IMG/VR virus record: IMGVR_UViG_3300005758_000043
Source of the DNA: a virus
Taxonomy: Duplodnaviria > Heunggongvirae > Uroviricota > Caudoviricetes
DNA: 64,000 nt
Reading direction: 5' to 3' (one strand)
A program made the position numbers and the translations under genes. Below, one piece after another: positions 1 through 9,545 of the stretch. Position 1 is the first letter of the stretch. Each line of letters starts with the position of its first letter. The notes under the pieces are model-generated. The model was not told the origin of the DNA and did not search any database. It was given only the letters and a program-made list of their open reading frames with translations.

Positions 1-114
1 CGGTATTTGAAATTTTGGAAGTGCCAGTTCATGTTTGTATTATGCCCTCAATAGTTAAAATTGCAAGCAAAAAAATAAGGGCGGCAGCTTTCGCCGCCAC
101 CCCGTTTTTTTCAA

Positions 115-966
115 TTAAAATTGCGTTGCAACCTTGGCACGAATGCCAGCGAGTGTCTGCTCCTTGGTAATCACACCATCCTTGAACACCTGCTCAAAGG
201 CACAATTCTTAACTTCGTCCCAAGTAGCTTGGTCCTTCATAACAAAGTCACCATCCTTTTCATAGACAGCAATCAGTCCCTTGGCACTCTTCTTGAGTCC
301 GCTATCGGTCTTCGGGTCTTTGAAGATTTCAACACCCTGAGTCTTACCATCAACGGTCACTTCACCATAAGTGGACTTGACAGCGAAGCCATGAGTATCA
401 CGGGTAACGATGGCATCCATGTCGATAGCACCCTGATAAGTGAAGCTTCCGATACCATACACAAGGTTGGTCGAAGCAAAACCCTTGGCAGCGAGACGTT
501 CACAGATAGCGGTAGCACGATCAATGGTGATACTGTCTCCATAGATGGCTCCAATATGACTATCAAGCTGCTTGTAGCCTGTGCTGGTAATGGTGCCACC
601 GAAGATTTCCCAAAGACACTGGATCATGCCCTTAATTTCAAGTTCAGTGAGTTCTTTCTTCGTTACTTTACAACGATAGTAATGACCATGCATATCCATC
701 TTATAACGTTCAATTTCATCCTCTGTATATCCAGTAACAATCTTAACTGGATCACCCGAATCAGGACGAATGACAACCTTACCATCACGGGCCATGATCT
801 TGTCCTTGAGGATAGCAGCGATGCCACCATCAGGATTCACAACGTTCCAGAAGTCCCAAGTATCCGAAACGATACTCGCGATACCATCAGGGTAGGTTTC
901 AGTAATGAGGCGTTCGAAAAGAAGGAGTTCGCCAAGGCTTTGCTTTTGAGTTGCGTTTAGTTTCAT
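115..966 (-). CDS. C-terminal portion of a NAMPT-family nicotinamide phosphoribosyltransferase (NadV/Namat-like)
   Basis: The translation contains the RPDSGDP motif and aligns with the C-terminal half of nicotinamide phosphoribosyltransferases (SIVSDTWD ... GIGSF ... KSAKG). It has its own ATG. The N-terminal half is a separate ORF at 1699..2529. Confidence 0.7.
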   Translation of the reverse strand: MKLNATQKQSLGELLLFERLITETYPDGIASIVSDTWDFWNVVNPDGGIAAILKDKIMARDGKVVIRPDSGDPVKIVTGYTEDEIERYKMDMHGHYYRCKVTKKELTELEIKGMIQCLWEIFGGTITSTGYKQLDSHIGAIYGDSITIDRATAICERLAAKGFASTNLVYGIGSFTYQGAIDMDAIVTRDTHGFAVKSTYGEVTVDGKTQGVEIFKDPKTDSGLKKSAKGLIAVYEKDGDFVMKDQATWDEVKNCAFEQVFKDGVITKEQTLAGIRAKVATQF

Positions 967-1052
967 AGTGTTTGTAGTATGGGGCAGTGTTTTATATTTG
1001 AATTTATTATAACGTAGTTTTTATTGATTAAATTACAGCTTTAAGTGTAAAT

Positions 1053-1763
1053 ATGTATATGACTGAATGTTCAGAACGACCACAAGATACCAAATCATGC
1101 ACCAAATGTCAAGAAGAAAAACCATTGAACGAGTTTCCTAAGAGTTCTCGATTTAAATCTGGTTTTAATTCCCAATGCAAATATTGTTTAAATACCGCAT
1201 CTAAAAAATGGAGGGATGAGAATTCCGAAGACTTCAAAAACCGACGCAAGGAGCATTATTGGAAAAATGTTGATAAAATGCGAGAAGAAAAACGTCAATA
1301 TGTTGAAAGATCAAAGCCTCAAAAAATTGCTTATGATGCTGAGTATCGAAAGGCCAACAAAGATAAGATAGCAGCTTACAAAAAGAATTGGGAATCTAAA
1401 AAGAAAGACGATCCAATTTTTAAAATCAAAAGAAATTTAAGAAGACGAGTTCACCATGCTTTGATGGGAAGAACCAAATCGGATAATACGTTTAATCTTA
1501 TTGGCTGTTCAGCAGAAGAATTTAAAGCTCACATTGAAAGTCTTTGGTTGGAAGGTATGTCTTGGGATAACTATGGACCCTCTGGATGGCACGTTGACCA
1601 TATCAAAGAATGCCATACGTTTGATTTATCTGATCCAAAACAACAGAAAGAATGTTTCCATTATTCCAACCAAAGACCTCTGTGGGCTAAAGATAATCTT
1701 AGCCGTTCACGGCCATCACATAATCGTAATATTCGTAAGACTCATCAATCTCGTCAGGGATAG
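1053..1763 (+). CDS. HNH homing endonuclease inserted antisense between the two NAMPT halves
   Basis: N-terminal Cys4 zinc-binding motifs (CTKCQ ... CKYC). C-terminal HNH signature (GWHVDHI ... NQRPLWAKDN). Confidence 0.65.
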   Translation: MYMTECSERPQDTKSCTKCQEEKPLNEFPKSSRFKSGFNSQCKYCLNTASKKWRDENSEDFKNRRKEHYWKNVDKMREEKRQYVERSKPQKIAYDAEYRKANKDKIAAYKKNWESKKKDDPIFKIKRNLRRRVHHALMGRTKSDNTFNLIGCSAEEFKAHIESLWLEGMSWDNYGPSGWHVDHIKECHTFDLSDPKQQKECFHYSNQRPLWAKDNLSRSRPSHNRNIRKTHQSRQG

Positions 1764-2529
1764 ATTCAATCATAACGGCAGTTCCAAGGCACATGCAACT
1801 GTGTTCGGACGCTGCCACAGAAACACCAACCATTTCCTTGTCACTATCAGCATTGTAATACTCCTCAAGGAAGTCAATGGCAGGAAGCGTATCAGTTCCG
1901 ACAAAGCTAAGAAGGTGAGCAGCGCCACTCATGGTAGCAGCTTCAAGACCCATCATACCACGGAAAGAGAAATCGTGTCCTTGGAATTGGACGAAATCAA
2001 TCATTTCAGGATTGGTCTTCTTAGCCCACTCATTAAGAATCCTACGATAAATAAGAGCGGTAGTTGCACTGGTGCTACAAGCCCAAGTCGAGCAAGACAG
2101 AATGGTTTCAATGGCATTGGTAAGCCAGAAGAAACGAGCATCAGTATTGAACACAACGAACATCGGCACACGAAGGTCAACGTTGGAACCTTCAGGCAGA
2201 GCCCAAATTTCAAGCGGAAGATAACCAAGAGCGTGAAGATCACGAATATGCTGGTCGCCAATATTGTTGACGCCAAGGTAATTCAGAAGGCGACGACCAT
2301 ACTTCTTGGTAACTTCATCCAGAGGACGAGAGAAGAAAGTGCGTTCCCATTCATCAAGCAGATACTTCTTCATGAAGTATTGCAGACCGAAATTGATCAC
2401 CTTCTTGATTCCCTTGACGCGAGTGCCGCGTGCAGTAAGATTCGAAAAGACCAGTTCGCTATTGCTAGGATACTGGCGGCGATGATCGACTTTGTAACCA
2501 TCAACGAGGAGTGGAGCGAGTGTATTCAT
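1699..2529 (-). CDS. N-terminal portion of the NAMPT-family phosphoribosyltransferase
   Basis: YKVDHRRQYP, GTDT and AASEHS motifs match the NAMPT N-terminal half. The last ~32 aa (CMCLG...VNG, nt 1702-1797) have no NAMPT counterpart and are read-through into the insertion. A TTGACA/TATACT promoter lies at 2562-2589. Confidence 0.7.
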   Translation of the reverse strand: MNTLAPLLVDGYKVDHRRQYPSNSELVFSNLTARGTRVKGIKKVINFGLQYFMKKYLLDEWERTFFSRPLDEVTKKYGRRLLNYLGVNNIGDQHIRDLHALGYLPLEIWALPEGSNVDLRVPMFVVFNTDARFFWLTNAIETILSCSTWACSTSATTALIYRRILNEWAKKTNPEMIDFVQFQGHDFSFRGMMGLEAATMSGAAHLLSFVGTDTLPAIDFLEEYYNADSDKEMVGVSVAASEHSCMCLGTAVMIESIPDEIDESYEYYDYVMAVNG

Positions 2530-2561
2530 TATTGTTTAGAGTTCTTGCTGAACGTGAGAGC

Positions 2562-2589
2562 AGTATAGCGATTTTAGATGTTTTGTCAA
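2562..2589 (-). promoter_or_regulatory. sigma70-like promoter TTGACA-N16-TATACT for the NAMPT-family gene
   Basis: Minus-strand -35 at 2584-2589 and -10 at 2562-2567. Confidence 0.5.
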
Positions 2590-2595
2590 CAACTT

Positions 2596-3570
2596 TCAGA
2601 GCTTAATTTCAAAGCAGTTGATCTTGTCGTTCAATTTATTCCAGTTTTTCTTGGAGTTCGTGACGAACACATGATCGAAGTAATCAACCATTTTGTTTAG
2701 TCCTTCAATGCAATCTGCATGAGCAGTGAAAAGCATCAGTTTGCCGCAATTTTTTTGCTTTAAAACTTCGCCCAAACCAATGAATGTTCCGCCCATCGAA
2801 ACAATATCATCAAAGATGATAGTTGGATGGCCACCAAGGTCGTCTGCTTGCACATGAAATTCTTTCAGACTACCATCACGAACATCGCGCACCTTTTCGC
2901 AACGAATCAAATTGACCGTGTTATACGGAAACTTCTGCGAAAGATAGGAAGCGATTTTTCCAACTCGCTTGCCTGCTCCAGCGTCAGGGCAAACAACATT
3001 AATCACAGAATCTTTTGCATTTGGGCAAGAAATGCGAACCGCTTCTTCGACGTAGCTCAGTTCATCAAGAACCTCTACATTGTTAAGAAGAGCAGGAGTC
3101 ACCTCACTGTGAGGTGTGAGAATAAACACCTGATCAAAACCACACGAATTAATCATGTCAGCAAAGATCTTGACGGTCAGAGGTTCGCCCTCATTACAAA
3201 CACGATCTTGACGAGCAGCAGGGAAATAGGGAAGAATCAGTTTAATGTTTTTGAAACCAGCGCGACGAGCGGCGTCATTGGCCAAAATGATATTCATCAA
3301 ATCTGCAACACTGTTGTATCGCTGAGTGATGATGAGATTTTCGAGAATACCAGCAGAACTCAGTGTATCCATTTCAATTTGGAAGTGCGGTTCACCTCCA
3401 TAGAAAGTCATGGACTTATGCTTGAGAAAGAAAAGATTTTCAGAGCTTGCAAATGGATTGAATCCTGCGTCGAGATTCAAAACAAAAGTTTGATCGGTCT
3501 TTGGAGTCCAGCGAATGTATAGGTGTTGCTTCATGCGATGAAGTGTGTCAGATGTTAAAGATTTTGTCAA
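2596..3570 (-). CDS. Ribose-phosphate pyrophosphokinase family protein (Prs / ADPR-pyrophosphate synthetase-like)
   Basis: PRPP-synthetase motifs are present: VVCPDAGAGKRVGKIA and IIFDDIVSMGGT (PRPP-binding loop). The ORF-track start is a TTG; the likely true start is the internal ATG near 3534. Confidence 0.75.
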   Translation of the reverse strand: MTKSLTSDTLHRMKQHLYIRWTPKTDQTFVLNLDAGFNPFASSENLFFLKHKSMTFYGGEPHFQIEMDTLSSAGILENLIITQRYNSVADLMNIILANDAARRAGFKNIKLILPYFPAARQDRVCNEGEPLTVKIFADMINSCGFDQVFILTPHSEVTPALLNNVEVLDELSYVEEAVRISCPNAKDSVINVVCPDAGAGKRVGKIASYLSQKFPYNTVNLIRCEKVRDVRDGSLKEFHVQADDLGGHPTIIFDDIVSMGGTFIGLGEVLKQKNCGKLMLFTAHADCIEGLNKMVDYFDHVFVTNSKKNWNKLNDKINCFEIKL

Positions 3571-3802
3571 ATTATTTTTTTGCTTGCTGATTTTATAATT
3601 CTGCGATTAGAAATTGTGTGCCTTTAATAGCTATCTTTTCAAGATCAAAATCCAAAAGTTGATCAAATTCTTCTTCTGTAATCCTATTTGTTGGAACGCA
3701 GATGACGTTTTCATGATCGTTCCAATACTTTTCGCCAAAGATTTTTCGAAGAATATCCCAATCAACAACCAAACAATTTGATTCGTATATGTCCATTGTT
3801 TT

Positions 3803-4324
3803 TTAATCTTTAATTTGTGGCCTGAAAGAACGTTTTGCATCAAAACCGTGAGCAACGATTTTGTCTTTGTCTGTTTGCGTGTTTGGCGGCTCGGGATTAT
3901 CCTTCAGCCAACCCAAAAAATTGTAAATACTCTGATACATTTCATCAGGCTCGATAATAGAAGCGAACTTGAAATTGGCCAATAGAGGAATCGAATAAAA
4001 AATCTTGCCGTTGTGATCAGATGCATCCATCAAAACAGGCTGTCTAAATTTCTCATTTAGAGGAGACTTTTTGCCGCGATAACGACAAATAAAATTGTCT
4101 TCCCAATATGTAAGCTGCTTGTCGGATTCAAAAAATAATTTGCGTGTTTTATGATGAACGACAATCGGGTAGTAAGTCCCACAAATAGAAATCAAAAACT
4201 CATTCCAACCAGAAAAGGGATCATGAACGATTTTTCCACGACGATCATAAACACGACTTTCATCAAAGCCGTATTTAGAAACCATGTGATCGTAATAATC
4301 ACGATACTTGCTGATGATTTTCAT
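3803..4324 (-). CDS. hypothetical protein
   Basis: 173-aa ORF in the minus-strand gene train; no recognisable motif. Confidence 0.35.
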   Translation of the reverse strand: MKIISKYRDYYDHMVSKYGFDESRVYDRRGKIVHDPFSGWNEFLISICGTYYPIVVHHKTRKLFFESDKQLTYWEDNFICRYRGKKSPLNEKFRQPVLMDASDHNGKIFYSIPLLANFKFASIIEPDEMYQSIYNFLGWLKDNPEPPNTQTDKDKIVAHGFDAKRSFRPQIKD

Positions 4325-4328
4325 AAAC

Positions 4329-4847
4329 TTACTTCAACTTGTAAATGTGGAACTCAATGTTAGGAAAGTGACTTTCAATACTTTCGAGGATTGCTGAAAC
4401 GATGCGCCAGTCGCCACCTGCGAGAGCAGAAGCCATTCCGTGTGGGAATGCCAGAGTATATACCTGATCTTGTTTTGATGCAACCAAATTCTCACAAATT
4501 CTCCACACTCCATTGAAGACCGCATCGTAACGAGCATTTCGTTCCATAGGATGACCATTGTTGCCAATGCCAACTTGGCCATAAAGATTAAAAATCTCAA
4601 AAAAACGATTGTCCCGCTCGATCAATGCAACGGAGAATGTTCCTAGCTTGCCCGCGCCATCGGGCGTTGCACAATCTGCGGCGTATGCTTCTGGATACTG
4701 TTCCTTGATGATTCGTGCGATACCTCCACCCATCACATGATGAAGGTTCGCACAATGAACCATGCCGTTCCATTCTCCTTCGAAAATATTTCCGTCAAAC
4801 TGCTTCATATTTTTAAGATTTAAAATACTTAGCGGCACGCTTCTCAA
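4329..4847 (-). CDS. Macro domain protein (ADP-ribose binding/processing)
   Basis: HVMGGGIARII matches the macro-domain Gly-rich ADP-ribose loop, and overall layout is macro-domain-like. The likely start is the internal Met at ~4808, which avoids overlap with the upstream ORF. Confidence 0.5.
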   Translation of the reverse strand: MRSVPLSILNLKNMKQFDGNIFEGEWNGMVHCANLHHVMGGGIARIIKEQYPEAYAADCATPDGAGKLGTFSVALIERDNRFFEIFNLYGQVGIGNNGHPMERNARYDAVFNGVWRICENLVASKQDQVYTLAFPHGMASALAGGDWRIVSAILESIESHFPNIEFHIYKLK

Positions 4848-5097
4848 GATTCAAATAACCATGCAAAATTGTTTCGCGGCGATTTGGCACAAGAGGAGCA
4901 AGAGCCTGATTAATACCAAGATTCTTGGCCTTGGCTCGGTGAATGGCAATCTTGGTGCCAATTTCCTTGTCGAAGCGATCTTGCGGCGAGCAAAGAGAAT
5001 ATCCGAAACGATAAATTCCATTTTCTTTGATTACAACAACAACTCCAACAGGATTATTGCGAAGATCACGAATGTAGTTTTTGAGGATATTGGTCAT
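4813..5097 (-). CDS. hypothetical protein
   Basis: 94-aa ORF; no recognisable motif. Confidence 0.3.
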   Translation of the reverse strand: MTNILKNYIRDLRNNPVGVVVVIKENGIYRFGYSLCSPQDRFDKEIGTKIAIHRAKAKNLGINQALAPLVPNRRETILHGYLNLEKRAAKYFKS

Positions 5098-5120
5098 TTT
5101 GTTTGTATTTATGTTATTTA

Positions 5121-5630
5121 TTATAGATTGTAAAACTTTTTGAATTCAATGCTCTTTTTGTAAAGAGTTTCAATCGTAGCGTAGGAAAACGTCTGACAAC
5201 CGACATGAATGCCATCAGTTTCAAAAATTGCGGTGTGATTGTCGTTCAGCTTGTAGGAATTGTCAACCTTATTTTCAAGCCATTTGATCACTTCAAGAGT
5301 ATTGCTTTCCCAAAAGTAATCATAAAGACCATCACAGCCTTGCCACTCTTTATCTTTTCCACGAAACTCAATAGCAAGCCATGGATTCTTTTTGAAATCA
5401 TTAGTGTATTGTTCAACTGAACGATCATCAAAACACTTGTAGCCGAATTTCTCTGCAATAGTGAGCAGAGTGGAAATGTCTTTAGGCTTAACCTTTACAT
5501 TAATAGATGATGCCATATGTTTACTTGGTTGAGATATTGTCGTAGGTGGCGAGAGCTTCGCGAATCGCATCAACAGGAATGCTTTGGCATCCAACTTGAA
5601 TATATCCAGTATTGGCGGTGATATTGGCAA
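5121..5630 (-). CDS. hypothetical protein
   Basis: 169-aa ORF; the likely start is the internal Met near 5519. Confidence 0.35.
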   Translation of the reverse strand: MPISPPILDIFKLDAKAFLLMRFAKLSPPTTISQPSKHMASSINVKVKPKDISTLLTIAEKFGYKCFDDRSVEQYTNDFKKNPWLAIEFRGKDKEWQGCDGLYDYFWESNTLEVIKWLENKVDNSYKLNDNHTAIFETDGIHVGCQTFSYATIETLYKKSIEFKKFYNL

Positions 5631-6138
5631 CGTATGACTTGTTGAGCCTCACTTCAATTGGTTTTGGGGCAACCCTCAGATTGCTAAGAGCAGCACTAAC
5701 AACAGCCCACGGAAGCAGCGTGGTTTTGGAAGGAGCATGAAAACATGCATAAAATTTTGCTTGAGAAATACCAATATCGTGCAGGTGCCTATTGATTTGA
5801 TGTTCAGCTTCAAACAGAGTTTTCAGCTTCTTTTCAAGTTTACGTTCAACCGCATAAACTCCATCATCATCATTAATATTAAATGAGTAGAGTTGGTTCA
5901 AGTTCTCAAAAAACTTATCAGCTTCCTTTGAAGTTTTGTATTCCCAGAATTCCAAACAAAAACCATCATCGGGATCACTATTAAAAGGATGAAAAAAATT
6001 AAAGATATATTCAACATCATGCCCGAGAACATTTTGCGTAATACTCAGTTGATCATCAGGATTGGCAACCTTGACCTTGCTATAAGCATCATAAAGTTTC
6101 TTAGCAAGCTTGAGGTCGATTAGGCTTTCGTTTTTCAT
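5521..6138 (-). CDS. hypothetical protein
   Basis: 205-aa ORF. The ATG follows a TTGACA-N17-TAAACT promoter at 6151-6179. Confidence 0.45.
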   Translation of the reverse strand: MKNESLIDLKLAKKLYDAYSKVKVANPDDQLSITQNVLGHDVEYIFNFFHPFNSDPDDGFCLEFWEYKTSKEADKFFENLNQLYSFNINDDDGVYAVERKLEKKLKTLFEAEHQINRHLHDIGISQAKFYACFHAPSKTTLLPWAVVSAALSNLRVAPKPIEVRLNKSYVANITANTGYIQVGCQSIPVDAIREALATYDNISTK

Positions 6139-6150
6139 TGGAGTATTTGT

Positions 6151-6179
6151 AGTTTAGATGTTGTTGTTGTTTTTGTCAA
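6151..6179 (-). promoter_or_regulatory. promoter TTGACA-N17-TAAACT
   Basis: Upstream of the ATG at 6138. Confidence 0.45.
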
Positions 6180-6188
6180 GAGGTTTCT

Positions 6189-6539
6189 TCAAATCCATCC
6201 AAGATCGGGAATGATTTCGTCGCGCAAAATGTCGCGGCGAGCTTCGGCCCGATCATACTCGGCGTCAGTCCAATATTTAGTGGTTTTAAATTCCTCAATT
6301 TGGCCCTGATATTTTTCAATTAGGGCTTTAATTTTCTCTTTTACCACAGATCCTTCAGCTTTGCAAACGTCATATGGATAATGGTAAACTTTATTAATGA
6401 TGTTTCTATATTTGTAAGAAACAGTAACTTGCTTCTTACCAAAAGAAACGATTTCTCCAATTACCATACTTTTGCTGCCTGATCTGCGACAAGCTACAAT
6501 GTCACCAATTGCTAGAGGTCTATCGAAAATGTCTTTCAT
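6189..6539 (-). CDS. hypothetical protein
   Basis: 116-aa ORF. Confidence 0.4.
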   Translation of the reverse strand: MKDIFDRPLAIGDIVACRRSGSKSMVIGEIVSFGKKQVTVSYKYRNIINKVYHYPYDVCKAEGSVVKEKIKALIEKYQGQIEEFKTTKYWTDAEYDRAEARRDILRDEIIPDLGWI

Positions 6540-6826
6540 TTGATTAGTTCAAAATATTTTTCGTGCGTTCCAAAGATTTCGTCAATGTTTGGAGTTAAAG
6601 TGGACCAAGAATTTCCTACATATCGAGAAGACAAAGGAATAAGACCATACAAAATTTTGCCATTGTAGATATTTTTAGTCACTAAAAAAATAGTGCCATG
6701 CAAATGATTTTTTTCAGTATAACGATACTGTTGGCCCACTTGTGGAGAATTATTTGCGGATGATGTCATATTTGTCAAAAAAACTAATAGATTTGATGTC
6801 TTGCGTATGCGTCTTACCGCAAGCAT
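6536..6826 (-). CDS. hypothetical protein
   Basis: 96-aa ORF; the likely start is the internal Met near 6765. Confidence 0.3.
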   Translation of the reverse strand: MLAVRRIRKTSNLLVFLTNMTSSANNSPQVGQQYRYTEKNHLHGTIFLVTKNIYNGKILYGLIPLSSRYVGNSWSTLTPNIDEIFGTHEKYFELIK

Positions 6827-7016
6827 CTTTATAGCGAATCCTCATGGTTCCTTTTTGAAGATGCAAAGTCAATACTTCAGCGCTAGTTTCGTGGATAATA
6901 TAATAATCCTGCATCCTTTCTTCATAAGGAAGATTTGCATCCAAAATCCAATTTGGATTACGACAACGAACAGCAATAGGAATAATCGGAAGTTTCATAC
7001 TGTTCCATCGTTCCAA
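6750..7016 (-). CDS. hypothetical protein
   Basis: 88-aa ORF. Confidence 0.3.
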   Translation of the reverse strand: MERWNSMKLPIIPIAVRCRNPNWILDANLPYEERMQDYYIIHETSAEVLTLHLQKGTMRIRYKDACGKTHTQDIKSISFFDKYDIIRK

Positions 7017-7333
7017 AAACCAAGATAAATAAACACGTTCTCTGGGCGATCATCATCCCAAGCAGCAATTACATCATACTCACTTTCAGGAAAACCCCTA
7101 GTTACGAGGCGCACATTTTCGAAATTTTGTGGTTGCAACCTTGGATCTTCAAGTTCAGCATTAGTTCTATTGATGCAAGTGTTAATAAAGCGCACAAACT
7201 CAATTGGCTTGCTGCTCTTGCGCTCATTACTCTGTTCTGTGATTGGAGTGTCGATGATCTTTGTCTTCATGAGAGGATTTTGTAATGGATTGATGGTTTT
7301 GTCAAGATTTTTTTCACACTGCGAAAGGAACAT
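6995..7333 (-). CDS. hypothetical protein
   Basis: A promoter at 7274-7305 points to the true start at the MKTKIID Met (~7273). Confidence 0.35.
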   Translation of the reverse strand: MFLSQCEKNLDKTINPLQNPLMKTKIIDTPITEQSNERKSSKPIEFVRFINTCINRTNAELEDPRLQPQNFENVRLVTRGFPESEYDVIAAWDDDRPENVFIYLGFWNDGTV

Positions 7334-8231
7334 TTCCTTTTAAAACTTTAGCAATCGCACAATCTTTGCCTTTGAGTTCAAACTCCCATACACAGTCGGC
7401 ATTGTTTTGAACAACTAGCGGAATGCAAGATGCAAATTCTGCATGACTGCGAGGCTTGTCTGGAGTGCCTTCACTCCAATGCATCACTGGAACAAAATTA
7501 CCCCATGTGTTTTTAAAAAGATTAAAATGGCAGAATGAGGAAGGATTAACTGCGTCATGCAAATTGTCAAAAACCAAAGGAAATGGATTGAAATATTTGT
7601 AGAGATTTTCGCAATTCCAAAAACCTTTGTCTTCGTTCTCAAGCACTAGGCGGCGACGAACACCGACACTGCATTGATTAAAAGCATTTCGGAAACGAAT
7701 CAAATAATCCATCAGGCTATCTTTGGCAGGATCAATCGACAGATTAAGATGCAAACACATAGGCGCAGAATAATTCTGAGCGCAACCAAACAAATCAAGA
7801 ACGTATGATTGATGATTGAGTTCTGCGATGGTCTTGCGGACTGTGCTTGGATTGAGCGATGGCAATACGTTGAACTGATCAGGATGAGACGACAGCGTTA
7901 CGTTAAGGCGGCGAGCGTCATCACCAGCTTGTTGCAAAGCTTCTTGAATTTCGGCCCAATCAGGCAAATCACTATAAAGCAAATTCAGAGTTTCGTCTGT
8001 AATCAAAGGAAACAAACTGCTCGAAATGCGATAATGTTTGATGCCCGATTGAGCGCAGTGGCGAATAATCAAACCAGAAAGGCGTGCATTATGCAGAATT
8101 CTGCCAGAAAGTTGCTCAATTGCAGTTTGGCGAGGCAAAGCGTTGAAACGAGAACGAGTCATCGTTTGAAACGCCATTGCTTTGTTTTGCTTTTTGAGAA
8201 TTTCGCTGATGCAGACGAGGCCGATGTTCAT
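7314..8231 (-). CDS. uvdE: UV DNA damage endonuclease (UvdE/Uve1 family)
   Basis: The N-terminus MNIGLVCIS... and overall ~300-aa TIM-barrel-type pattern resemble UvdE. Judged by eye. Confidence 0.6.
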   Translation of the reverse strand: MNIGLVCISEILKKQNKAMAFQTMTRSRFNALPRQTAIEQLSGRILHNARLSGLIIRHCAQSGIKHYRISSSLFPLITDETLNLLYSDLPDWAEIQEALQQAGDDARRLNVTLSSHPDQFNVLPSLNPSTVRKTIAELNHQSYVLDLFGCAQNYSAPMCLHLNLSIDPAKDSLMDYLIRFRNAFNQCSVGVRRRLVLENEDKGFWNCENLYKYFNPFPLVFDNLHDAVNPSSFCHFNLFKNTWGNFVPVMHWSEGTPDKPRSHAEFASCIPLVVQNNADCVWEFELKGKDCAIAKVLKGNVPFAV

Positions 8232-8280
8232 AATGAAACTCTAGCCATGTTCCGCTAAAATGCAAGCCTTTTTTTGAATA

Positions 8281-8556
8281 TCATTCGTGGGCCACGAAAT
8301 GCATTCCCGCAGCAATGATTTTTGCATCTTCAATTCCATTGCTGTTGATATTCAATGATTCTGATCGACCAAAACAAGAAACAGTTCTATTGCCAAAGCT
8401 TACGAAACCTGCGCCAATGCATTTTGCTCGCGTATGATAATACGATGATTTTTCTGCTGTTCTGTGATGAATAGTTGGAGAGAAAACCATGAAGTTTCCA
8501 TTTTCATCTACGATGTATTTTAATTGTCCGAACATATTAAATATAATTAAAACCAA
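8281..8556 (-). CDS. hypothetical protein
   Basis: 91-aa ORF. Confidence 0.3.
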   Translation of the reverse strand: MVLIIFNMFGQLKYIVDENGNFMVFSPTIHHRTAEKSSYYHTRAKCIGAGFVSFGNRTVSCFGRSESLNINSNGIEDAKIIAAGMHFVAHE

Positions 8557-8708
8557 AATCCCATTCGTTGATCAGATATTCGATTGCATCATGCACCTCA
8601 TCAGCAAATTGATTCTTTTTTGGAAACATGATTACTGCTTCAGAAGAAACATTTATTCCGTGCTGTTCAAGCAAATCAATTGCTTCTTGTTCGTTTTGGA
8701 AGTTCATT

Positions 8709-9383
8709 TTAGTAGCCCCACACTTTCAACGTGTGTTCGAAAGGATTACCGTCGATATTCTTCACTAAGTCAAGCATTTTTGCGGCGACTTCTCGGATTT
8801 CTTTTTGAGCGTGTTCGCTGTTTCGAAGCTTGAGGAAATTGGCAAAGGATCGCATATTAAACATTACATCGCCTTGAATTTGGGAATTGTAAGTCTTGAA
8901 GAAACGAGCGCTTTCTTTTGAGCGTTTTCGGCCAAGAACAGGCTCAAGATCTTTCAAGCAAGCATGATAAAGTTCATTACCAAGCTCGGTGTATTCCTCA
9001 AGAATAGTTGCCCAATCTTCGCCATGAGTATCAATAGTAGTTCCAAATTTATCAGAAATAAATGAAGCTTTGATTCCCTTCCAGTCTTCAGGGATATAGA
9101 ACTTGTCTTCTTTTAATTCTTTATAACGCGCACTTTCAGCGTTCAAACTAGAAAGGCGATGTTTTAGGAGGTGAATATGACTAGCGATTTCGGTATCAAC
9201 AAGGAAATGCACGACGCCCTTTTCGAAAGGTGTTTCGTGTCCATTTGACCAAAGCATATTGATCAAATTAGGAATTCGCAATTTCTTATCTTCAGTCAAA
9301 TCGCGAGAAGTGCTGGTCCAAGCTGAACAAGCAATAATTTCGTCGCTTCCGTAGTGTCCAAGTAAGGTTACTTTGTTAGTCAT
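8709..9383 (-). CDS. thyX: Flavin-dependent thymidylate synthase ThyX
   Basis: ThyX signature HR-x7-S-x-RY is present as KHRLSSLNAESARY; length ~224 aa. Confidence 0.75.
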   Translation of the reverse strand: MTNKVTLLGHYGSDEIIACSAWTSTSRDLTEDKKLRIPNLINMLWSNGHETPFEKGVVHFLVDTEIASHIHLLKHRLSSLNAESARYKELKEDKFYIPEDWKGIKASFISDKFGTTIDTHGEDWATILEEYTELGNELYHACLKDLEPVLGRKRSKESARFFKTYNSQIQGDVMFNMRSFANFLKLRNSEHAQKEIREVAAKMLDLVKNIDGNPFEHTLKVWGY

Positions 9384-9545
9384 TATGAGAATCTCTAAGT
9401 TTCATGAGGCGCAAACGCTCATCAAGAAGGTCGTCCATTTTACGCTCCCATGTATGTTTTTTTACCAATGGAGCTTCAATCCATTCAGAACGAGCAAGCG
9501 TCAATAAGCTATCTAGTTGTTTGATTAAATTAACGTATTCACTTT

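Noticed and set aside
121-3522. Long plus-strand ORFs 121..960, 1501..2568 and 2827..3522
   Set aside because: They are antisense shadows of well-supported minus-strand genes (NAMPT halves, Prs). They lack motifs, and the codon-position bias favours the minus-strand frames.
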